64,000 nt of DNA from Antedon mediterranea (lineage: Eukaryota; Animalia; Echinodermata). Location: the NCBI RefSeq assembly GCF_964355755.1, contig NC_092677.1, positions 4,982,101 through 5,046,100 on the forward strand. Reading direction: 5' to 3'. The notes under the pieces are model-generated. The model was given only the letters and a program-made list of their open reading frames with translations. It was not told the DNA's origin and ran no database searches. Shown in pieces: positions 26,401 to 38,400 of the stretch (the first letter of the stretch is position 1; each line of letters starts with the position of its first letter). The translations under genes and the position numbers were made by a program.

Positions 26401-29400
26401 TATATGTTTCAGGCATCCGAGAAAAAGAAACAAGAGAGAAAGCGAAAGCAAATTTTAGAAGAGGTTAGACGAAGGAAAAATGCACGAATGACCCTTTCCT
26501 TGTTGAAAGAGGTAATAAAAACAGAAGTACAGTATAGACAATAGACAAATGGTAACTGTACTGTACTGTACATTTTTTGGAGATGGATGCCTATCATAAA
26601 TGGTTCCATTCATACATTCACTCTATTTACCCCATTGTACTTCATTAATAATATGTTGCTATTCTTCGTTTTTCAGAGCCCCCCAGTAAATCAATTGGAC
26701 TTCCCCATTGTGGAGAAGGTATGGTACCATAAACAGTATCCATTCTCTATATATACCCCATTTACAAATTAATTAAATTCCATTATACTTCATTAATAAT
26801 ATGTTACTATTCTTCGTTTCAGAGCCCCCCAGTAAAGCAATTGGACTTCCCCATTGTGGATAAGGTATGCCTATCATTGCCTTGTATTTTCATAGAAATG
26901 AATAAATGCTACCATAAACAGTATCCATTCTCTATATTTACCCCATTTACACTTATTAAATTCCATTATACTTCATTAATAATATGTTACTATTCTTCGT
27001 TTCAGAGCCCCCCAGTAAAGCAATTGGACTTCCCCATTGTGAATAAGGTATGCCTATCATTGCCTTGTATTTCATAGAAATGAATAAATGCTAGCATAAA
27101 CAGTATCCATTCTCTATATTTACCCCATTTACACTTATTAAATTCCATTATACTTCATTAATAATATGTTACTATTCTTCGTTTCAGAGCCCTCCAGTAA
27201 AGCAATTGGACTTCCCCATTGTGGATAAGGTATGCCTATCATTGCCTTGTATTTTGAGTACATACAATGTTAATTTTCAGATTAGATAAAAAATATACAA
27301 AAAGACCATCATTATCATCATTAAACGGTATACTTATATTCACGTTACTTCTTCGTTTCAGAGCTCATTTGAAATTCGAATTTTAGAGAAGGTATTAGTA
27401 CTATTATTATTGTTATTATTATAATTATTATTATTATCATCGTTATCATTATATGTATTATATATATATATATATAAATTTCTTTTTATTCATCCGCCGA
27501 AGCTGGAGCATATTGAATTGATGCAAATAAAAATGAATAGTAAAATCGATGGATTAATGAAATGTAAGAATTGCATTCGAGCAGCGTACAAGGTATGTTT
27601 CTGTATATCAATACACACTAACGAAATATAAATAACACTAAACTAAAATAACACAGCTATCATTAACGACTAATGGAATAAAAATCAACCACTAACATGA
27701 TGGTTCTTATTTTAAAGATCACAAAACTTTCTATCTTTAATGAATATACACGTTATTTTTGTGTAATGCTAGGAAATGAAAACGCCAATTGCAACCGTTC
27801 GCAAACCTGACAACCAAGACAACACCGAAGCCTTAGGTAGGATTTCTAAAATATATAAGAGTGTGATTTTTCTCCATTGTCATTCATTATTTGCCTAAAA
27901 TCTATACAGCGACAGAACTATAAAACACCTGTTCACACTTTAATGTATACACACTTATTTTGGTTTAATTAGATCATTTGTATTGAAATCAATGGCGGAA
28001 AAAATGAGTTAGCATGACATAATTATTATTTATAATATACCTATATTACTATAAATGTGTTTATTTTATTCTAAACAAACGATGCAGTTCTGTGATTTAA
28101 AATTATTTGGTTTCTGAAATAAATGTATTAGCCAATGATCATCATCACCACTCAACCACCTAACTTAATCTAATGAAAGTATTTGTTATTTTACAGAATC
28201 CTCAATGACCGAAGATTCTCCCATGGATGAGGAAAACGGTGATGGTAAGACAATTTTATCGATTAACCCATTGAACCATAATTTAATTATCCAATGTAAT
28301 CAATTAGAATCGATTCGAAAACCTTTTACCAATTGGTTTGCAAATAGAAATAATTCACGTTTGTGATCACTTACTGTTTGTTGATGTCACTGTACTGAAA
28401 AACAAACAAATTAACTGGGTAAACCCAGGACAGGCAATGCATCGATATATTATCTTAATATTATATTTGTATGCATATTTGTTGACTATTACCATGCATT
28501 ATCATGTAATTATTAAATTTTATATAGAGCCTATAGGATGCATTGACTGTTTCGATCCTTATGTTATGTGTTAGGAGGTAACTGTTGGTTCGGATCTCCT
28601 GTATAATATTATGAAAGAACATGCAAATATATACAGGAATGCTTACGTTGCATTCATCAGCTGGGTAACCAATAGCCTAATACCTCAACAAATAATTTTT
28701 GAAATAACAATTAATTCATCAGCTCGATTGCAGTACGCAAATCAAACAATAAAAACATGTTAGTGTAAAATGTCTGTTAATTATCTCATGTTCCGTTGCA
28801 GTCTGTCTCGTACTGCCGTTAAAAAGAGACTTCAAATTTGTGTAAACAATGTTAACAATACAATAAAAAACAACTTAATAAATAATAGAACAGCGATAAC
28901 GATATAACTGCAATTGTAACGACTGCATTAACTATTAGCATTAATTTCTTTTGACAGGTATGGCATACTTGGGTGACGCCAAATGGGGAGTGCGTGTCAA
29001 CGCTCACAGATTAAAAAGCTGTGAACGCTTCAGCACCACAGTGGAGAAGCTGGCACTCTCTCTCCTTGAAATGGTGGTCACCCGGGATGAATGTGCAGAA
29101 ATAACAGTATACGGCCATGGCAAGAACAAGCAGCCATTGGCCGAAAACAAAAGAAAGGCATTGAGAAGTGAGGACTGAGATTTAACTAACTTTTTAAATA
29201 TAACTATAGGTTGTATAATTTATGAAATAAAAACAATTGAGCTGAACAAAACACAATTTTAAGTGTGACGAAACAATATGTTTACCAACTCCCTTTTCTA
29301 CAAAACATATAAAATAGTACAGTGAAATTTATCAGACCTTAGTTTTGTTTCTTTTATTAAGTTAAGTAGATTGTATCTAATTAAAAACATTGTTTTAAAT

Positions 29401-32400
29401 CAATTTTTATTTTAATTTTCAGGTCATATCTTCGCTTGTTTTAATATCGAGGAATCAAAAAAACAAAATGTATGGGAGGAAATTGTTAAGAAACTGAATG
29501 ATAAGATCCGAGCAATAAGAAACAACAAATACAAAATCAATTAAATGAAATTAATAAAACAATGAAACATGCAAAACAATGAAATGAATTAATAATTAAA
29601 TCGTTGAAGTTAAATTGATTTGACTTACTTGTTTTTTTTTCTTAAGTCAGGATTATGTTACCTCTATGCTGTACCGTTTCCGTACGAGAGAAAATCTGTT
29701 ATCCTGCCGCTGACAACGCGATAGAATTTTAAACAAGTGATCTGTTAATCGACCAGGATCAATCGGGTTACAGTTGGACACATTCGTCCGACAGAAACCA
29801 TCGAAATCCCACCATCCACCACCACCATTTCGATCGGGCAGCCGGAATTTTAGGCGACTAATAACCCCGATTTCAGCCGAGAATCACAATATTATTAATT
29901 ATATTGTGATATCAAGTTATTTTTATAATTTCGGGATTTTGACCGGATCCCGCGTAATAATGATCTCCGCCGAATAACCGGATCCCGCCAGCAATTCCTC
30001 CCAATCCCGATCGGGATTTCGGCCGGGATCCCGCCGGGAAAGCTTACCACCGGGATCCCATCGGGAATCCCGACCAATAATCCCGATCCCGATCGGGATA
30101 TCCCTATCAAAATTTCGATTGGGATTTCATTCCAACAATACCGATCGGGAACGGGATTTCAGCCGGGATCCCGTCGGGAATTTTCCCAATAATCCCGATC
30201 GGGATTTCGACCGGGATCCCACCGGGAATCCCGATCAATAATCCCGATCCCGATCGGGATCCCGATCAAAATTTCGATTGGGATTTCATTTCAACAATCC
30301 CGATCGGGAACGGGATTTCGGCCGGGATCCCGTCGGGAATTTTCCCAATAATCCCGAACGGGATTTCGACCGGGATCCCACCGGGAATCCCGACCAATAA
30401 TCCCGATCCCGATCGGGATCCCGATCAAAATTTCGATTGGGATTTCCTTCCAATAATCCCGATCAGGAACGGGATTTCGGCCGGGATCCCGTCGGGAATT
30501 TTCCCAATAATCCCGATCGAAATCGGGATTTCGGCCGGGATCCCGATCGGGAATCCCGACCAATAATCCCGACGGGATCCCGACCGGGATCCCGTCGGGA
30601 TCCCGGTCGGGATCCCGCCGATTTTTTTTGTGGGGACGCGCTAGATAGTATGATATTTTAACTACATTTTTTACATGTTTGGTTGGATGTAATGGAAATA
30701 AAAAATAGTTGATCTGATGGAATGATATGTAAATAAACAAATACTCAAAAGAATTATGTTTACAGTTCAATTATTTTCAGAATAATAATACATAAAAATG
30801 TGTTTACCAATGGACAAATAATCGCGTCAATGACATGGCCTGCATGGTAACGTACGCGGAGTTGAATCGTAAAAAGTTTACATGCGCCCTCTGTAGTATG
30901 TGAAACGATCTATTTTTAGAAGTTTAAGTAGAGATCATCACGCGTCACCACCTCTCACGATGCTCTTTGATCGGCCGCCATAACTTAACATCGCGCTCAT
31001 TGTGATAAATTTCTGTTTTTATTTTTGGGGTTAGTGTAGCCTACTCTGTGCATACTAATATACACACAAATATGTCACACGAATAAAATATTGAACCTCT
31101 AAAAAAAGGGCACCCTTAAAATTTAGGGGGGGGGGTCCGGACCCGTGGACCCCCCTCTGGATCCGCCCCAGTCTTGTATAAAAACATATTAACATTGCTT
31201 TTGTTTTGAAAAATTGTCTTTATAGATTCTAATGTTACTGCTTATGATGGTCAGAAGGATTTTAAGTTAGTCTACCTACCAAATCTGGTCAATTCTGCTA
31301 AAATATCCAATATTGCATGGTATAAGCAGTTTAAAGATGGAGCACAAGCGCTGCTGACATCATTGCAGTCACCTGATCCAACAACATGCTATGAATGTGG
31401 ATTTGTGGATAAGAAGAGGAGCAAGGTGTACCTTAAGATCGGTGTTGTTGAATTTAAAGATGCAGGAAAATACATATGTGAAGTCCAAGTGACAGGAGTA
31501 CAGGAAGTATATGATTGTCCTGGAATGTTGACACTGATAGTTAAAGGTAATAATCTATATTAAATCATCCTTGAAACATTTATTTAGTCTGGTTTAAAGT
31601 GGGTAAACAACATGATTAAAGAAGGACTTGTAATTTTCATGGCAGGGTGCAAATACTTATCTCCATAATTGCCTGGGCAACGGCCTTTATTTCTTGAAAT
31701 ACACTACTAAAAAAAGGACCCGAATTATGAAATTTAAGGCACACCACCCTAGTCAAAATTTACCATGTCAATTTCAGGCTCCAGATTAAAGTTTCAAGTT
31801 TTTTTATTTCTATGATTTTTATTTTTAAGAGCGGTTGACTACAAATATCAACTAGTATTTCATAGCCATTTTAATGTCACAATAGTTATATTTCAACCAA
31901 ACCTCTTTCACTGTGCAAATTTTAAAGAAAATCTATTTTTTTTACTTGGCCACCTAAAGGTTGATATTTATAGACAACTTCCTCTTAAATTTTTTTGACA
32001 GTTTTTGAATTGTCTTTCTTTGTCTAGTTGTTTTGTTTTTATTATATAGATGTTGTCGAAATGAAGATTGAGGATGTTCATACATATAAGCAAGGAATTG
32101 CTGTTACATTGTTTTTAAACCTAACATTGTTTGATAATGCTGCTAAAATATCCAGCATAGAGTGGTATAAGCATTTTGGAGATAAACCAGACATCCTGCT
32201 GACATCACGTCTAAAGAGACGCTATCAATGTGGATTTATTGATAACAACACTGGATATTTTGAAATTAAAAAGGTGAATTATGGAGATGCAGGAATATAC
32301 ATATGTAAAGTGAAAGTTCATGGAAGAGAGAAAACATATGAATGTTATGGAAAGTTAACAGTTGAAGGTAATAAGCCATTTATGAACCTTTTTATTTCAT

Positions 32401-35400
32401 TTATATTATACTTTGTTTCCGAGTCTCAATTAACTAGCTTAATAAGAAAACAGTTATCATACTGATTGAGTGTCAACATGTTAATAATGTATTTAAATAA
32501 ACTTCATTACAAATGATATTTTCATTTGCTTTTTAATTTATTTGGCTAATAAAAATGTTTATGGTATGACAGACAACTTTTTCAGGGGAAAAAATATAAA
32601 AAAAATGTTTACTTAAAATAAGTACTCAACAGAACATGTTATCATCAGTGATTTTAAAATGAAATATAAACATGGACAAGTGGATATCTCATTAACAAGA
32701 TGTATGTTGTGATTTGCAATGGAAAATAGTAAACATAACTTATTATTATATATTTTATGTTATTATATAAATTATTATTATTTGTACATTTATTCCTTTT
32801 CCACAACTAGAAATTAAACAGTTTAAACATTTAAGTTTTAATGAACTGGGGTTGAGATGAAAAATAGTTTTATGATATTTAATAAATGTCTATTTCAAGA
32901 TTTGAAAGATGTTTATTGTATCAGTGAAGTGAGTGAGTGGCCAATAAGCGGTTAAGACAGTGGAACCGTCATACCCTGCCATATTAACATCCGTAAAGGT
33001 TCGAGCCTCGCTCCATTGTTCTAGTGGTAGAACGAGTCCTCTTGGATAAGGGAAATTAACCGTAGGTCCTGTGTACACATCTGGCTCATGTGCACTTTAA
33101 AGAACCTAGTACATCTTTCGAGACGAGTAGGGGGTTACCCCGGTGTACTAGTACACACAGTCACTGTCATACACACAGACATATCATAACTGATCCCTTG
33201 ATTGTCAGCATACGCTGTTTACAGTAGGTTCACCCTCTATAAATAAGGTGAAGCAAAAAATTAATTAAATAGCAGCCAGAAAGAGTCAAAAGTGCACATA
33301 TTTTTGGTCTTGATTACTTTGAGATTCTCAAGTGATTCTGGTGATGCACTTTCCGGACAGAGGTCAATGACCATTTTTTAACGCAATCAATTATATCAAT
33401 TTATATGAAACAAGCATCTTGCTTTGCCACTTCCATATTGAGTCTGATTCTTTAATTTTAATCACACTCTAATTAGTTGTGCCTAATTAACATCATTTAC
33501 TGCATACTTTTCCACTTACACACATTTGTATTTGATTTATGTGATCACTGTGGTGTTTCAATGTATGAAAATTGTAAGTTGAACTCATTAGACAGAAATT
33601 TTATTTCTTTTTATTTTAGAAGATTTAATTTGTTTATTGATGTATTTTATTGAAAAACAACCTTATAGAAAATTATACTTTAAATTTGTTTATTGTTAGC
33701 TCAAAAATCTGAATTGGATCAAATGACTAGAAAAAAGTTACCATGTAAGACTTCTTAAAAGTAATAGTATAAGGTGCAGCTGGGCAAACTGGATGTTCCT
33801 GGATTTCATATATCTGAATGTCTCTAGTCATGCAAGAATGTAGCCACCCTTTTTGTTTTTCAAAATTTAAATTTGTTAGATAATTCCCCACGATGCAATT
33901 TTTGATGTTTTGTCAATTAATGCATAGTAAATATTACTTTAAAACATTAAACCAAGTCATTCTTTGTCTTAAATGTACATTTTATGGTAAATTATAATAA
34001 AACTAGATGGTACGCTCGCTTCGCATGTTTTACAAATAATATACCACTAAACACAGTAAAACATTGCTATGTAATACTTTGTTGAAACTATCACCGTCCT
34101 AGTCGATTGAAATAGTACAGTACATGTAACGATAAATCACTACGACGTGTATGTTTATATAATGTAAAAAAATTTGTGAAAACCACCTCTATTCGGGGAA
34201 AATCATAAATTCGATTTAATCGTCAATAAATATTAAATTATCTAACTCAACTTAATTAGTAGGCCTGGTTTTCAATTGTTTCTTAGAGCCAATTCATACT
34301 TAAGTTGGTTCCTACCCTACCCACCAAAGTTGTTCTGCGTTTAGGGCATGTCATGCACCGTAGGCCTATCCTCTACTGGCTTTACAACGCTACTCATGCC
34401 AGTGAGGGAAGGGTGATGATGTCACGTGGGTGGTTTAACTGCAATAATAAAGATTTGTACATAATATACGGCGACTGAAAACGCTAGCTCATTATCCGTT
34501 ACAAAAAATCTATATCCTTCCTCTGCAGCACAGATTGAAAAAAAAAATGGATCGAATTTCTGTTATGGGTATACAGTACTTGCCTTTACGACGCCTGAGG
34601 GAATAGACACTTGTGGAACAGAGATTGGAATGTTCCATTAATTTCAAATCAATACATTTGCATAAACGTATATTAAATCTATCATTATCAAAATAGTATT
34701 TTTTAAAGAAAATCGGCCTGTCTTCAACATTATGATACTGTACTCGAGCTGTTCAACCGGTTTTCAGCTATTAAAAACAATTATCGTAGGAGGAGATAGG
34801 AAAATGCGAAGCCTCCTCGCATTTTTGTGGCGGGTATTTTTCAAGATGGACATCCATTAGACAGTGTATACCACGATCGGAAAACACCCCTATTTGGGGC
34901 AAATCGTTGAACCTAATTCGTTTTAATCGTCAATAACTAATTATCTAACTTAATTTAATTAGTAAACAAGGTTACATCAGGTGGTTAAAATCAGTACCGA
35001 AAGTACGAACCAACTTTATATACCATCGAGTAAAAATTCTAAAAGTAAGGCGCGATTTACCGAATTTTGCCCTTACGTAAATTTATATATAGACTAGATG
35101 GTACGCTCGCTTCGCTCGCGTACCATCTAGGTCGTGCCCACAGATGGTTCTCGAATACATAATAATTTCAGCGTTAAAAAAATGGTGATTTCAAATGTAC
35201 GTACAATAATACATGTCGTTTACAGGAACGAATAAATAGACACTGATTTAATTGTGGGTGGTTTAAATGCAATAATAAAGATTTGTACATAATATACGGC
35301 GACTGAAAACGCTAGCTCATTATCTGTTTAAAAAAAATTATATCCAACCTCTGCAGCACAGATTGAAAAAAAATTGATTGAATTTCTGTTATGAGTAGGC

Positions 35401-38400
35401 CTATACAGTACTTGCCTTTACGACGCCTGAGGGAATAGACACTTGTGGAACAGAGATTGGAATGTTCCATTCATCGCAAATCAATACATTTGTATAAACG
35501 TATATTAAATCTATGAAAATAGTATTTTTTAAAGAAAATCGGCCTGTCTTCAACATTATGATGCTGTACTCGAGCTGTTCAACCGGTTTTCAGCCATTAA
35601 AACAATTATCGTAGGAGGAGATAGGAAAATGCGAAGCATCCTCGTATTATTGTCTGCGGGTATTTTTCAAGACGGACATCCATTAGACAGTGTATACCAC
35701 GATCGAAAAACACCCCTATTTGGGGCAAATCGTTGAACCTAAATTCGTTTTAATCGTCAATAACTAATTATCGAACTCAATTTAATTAGTAAACAGGGTT
35801 ACATCAGGTGGTTAAAATCAGTACCGAAAGTACGAACCAACTTTATATACCATCGAGTAAACATTCTAGAAATAACGCGCGATTTACCGAATTTTGCCCT
35901 TACGTAAATTTATATAGAAGAGGAAACAATGCACAACCTTTTTAAGCCTAGAAGCTATTACTACTGTAGGTTTAGTTTTGTAGGCCTATCTGGTAAGCAG
36001 CAATAACGTATGGACATCGTATGCTAGCTCATAGGTCAAACCTTTATCTAATGGGTAGTTGTCCAGGTGGTAGTTGTCATAGATGGGTATAAGTTGTCCT
36101 AAGGGTTAATTTTCCTAGGGGGTAAGTGTCCTAAGGGGTAGTTGTCCTAAGGGGTAGTTGTCCTAGGGTGTATAGTTGTCCTAGGGTGTATAGTTGTTCC
36201 AGAGTGTAGTTGTCCAAGGGGTAGTTAACCGGGTGGTGGTTGTCTAGATGGTAGTTGTCCTGTGGGATAATTGCCCTAGGGGTTAATTGTTCTAGAAGGG
36301 TAGTTGTCCTAGGCTCTAATTGTCCTAGAGGGATAGTTGTCCGGCTGGTAGATGTCCATGTCCTAGGGTGGCAGATGTCATAGAGGGTAGTTGTTGTATG
36401 GGCTAATTGTCCTAGAGAGCTAGTCCTAGGGATAAATTTTCAGAATGAAAACTGATTTTTTAATGAATTTGAAAACAAAACACAAAGTAGAATTTTTTCT
36501 TTATATGAAATGTTATTCTTTATGATAATATAGAATGTTTGTTTGTTCTGTGTAAAATGCATATTTATAATCTGCAATTTATTTACTAACAAATGGTGAT
36601 GTCAAATACTGTATTAAGGCAGATGAAAATGTTTTGTTTATAGAAGAATTATACGTTGAATTTTTTCATTATTGTTAGCTCAAGAGTCTGGAGTGGATCG
36701 AATGATACCTGTTGGTCAATCAGCAGCAGCAGGAGGTACTACTGAAAGAGAATCTGAAAAGAAACCAACATCAATGTATGCAACTACCACAACTGCAGGA
36801 TTGTCAACGTCTACTAGAAAAAAGTTACCATGTAAGCCTACTTCAAAGTGATAGTATAAGGTGCAGCTGGGTAAACTGGATGTTCCTGGATTTCTATATA
36901 TCTGAATGTCTGTAGTCATGCAAGAATACAATTTTAAGCCCACTTTTTTGTTTTTAAAAATTCAAATATATAAAAGATAATTCGTAGAATTATTGTACAT
37001 ACATTTGAATACTATGATGTTCGTTTGATGTCAAATAACTGATAACTTTTCATTTAGAAGAATAGAAAATATTCATTTAATCTCTCTTTTGGAAGTTTAG
37101 TAAGTTTTACATGATCATTATCAAAATCATTTGAATAATAAACAGAGTAATAATATTCGAAAAGTGAAAGGGTGTTTTAATTAAGATTGGAAAGAGAACA
37201 TGCTTCTTACCAGAGGTAGGTGTTATGTGATTAGTTTATAACTGTATCCTAGAAGTGTGGATGTCCAGATGGTAGTTGCCCTAGAGCCTAATTGTCATGT
37301 GGAATAATGGTCCTAGAGAGGCAGTTGTTCTAGGTGGTAGTTGTCCTAGGGGCTAATTTCCCTAGATTTGTAGTTGTCATAGGGTCTAGTTGTCCTAGAA
37401 GAGTAGTTCTAATGGGTAGTTGTCTTAGGGTGGTAGTTGTATAAGTGGTAGTTGTCCTATTAGGGTACATTGTCAGAATGTAAACTGTTTTAATGAATAT
37501 AAACATCTTTTATTTACCCTGACATTTTTTTTTAGATCTCATCAGAATGGATATTCCTGAGGTTATTACCAATGAGGGTGTGAATTATGTTAAATTGATG
37601 TTATTCCTAACATGGCGTGATGATTCTGCTATAATATCCAATATCAAATGGTATAAGCAAGATAAAGATGGAGCAAAGAAGCTGCTGACATCATTGCAGT
37701 CACCTGATCCAACATCACGCTATCAATGTGAATATTTGGATTCAAAGTACAATGTGTTTTTTGAGGTCAAAAATGTTGTCTCTGAAGATGCAGGAATATA
37801 CAAATGTGAAGTGCAAGTTGAAGGAATACAGAAAGCATACAGTTGTTCCGGAAAATTAACAGTTCAAGGTAACATAAAATTAACAAGTTCAGTTCAGTTG
37901 TGATTGTAGTGAGCAATGTAGTAAATAAAAAATAACAATCATCATTTTAAAATACCTATTTATGAATTACCTATAATTTTTAAAATGGTTAAAAATGTGA
38001 AAAACAAGTCGATTTTAATAATTTAAGCTGCCCCCTATAAATATCAGAATTAATATTTTCATATTGCTTATGTGATGCACTCACTTTCAATCAACTTTTC
38101 TATATTGATAATTGTTTTCGTCTTTAAACGGTAAAAACTGTTTCGGCTAGCTATAAATACCAGTATGATATTTTCATTCTGCTTATGTGATGCACCTACT
38201 TTTAAATTGTGAAGTGAAAACAAATTGTATAACCATACTGTATCTTTTCACCAAAAAGACCGTCAGAATTCCAAATTTTAGCTTACATTTTTGCTCAAAA
38301 GGTCATGACTTTCAAATGTCCTTATTTTCCTTATTTATGGTTAAATTTTAGCAAGTAAGATATCATTGAATAGAAAATCAGAAGTTATCTTACTCCCTCT

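Larger units (their letters stand above)
16546..30635. mobile_element. CACTA/EnSpm (CMC) DNA transposon, 14.1 kb, with two divergently oriented genes
   Basis: Termini CCCCACAAAAAA ... TTTTTTGTGGGG; 2-bp TSD AC at 16544-45 and 30636-37; long subterminal CGGGAT/ATCCCG repeat arrays (16560-17320, 29930-30620); encodes an EnSpm-type transposase. Confidence 0.9.
15472..31171. mobile_element. hAT-like non-autonomous element split by the nested CACTA insertion
   Basis: TIR CTGGGGCGGATCCAG at 15472 and CTGGATCCGCCCCAG ending at 31171; imperfect flanking duplication CCTTG/TCTTG. Confidence 0.6.
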
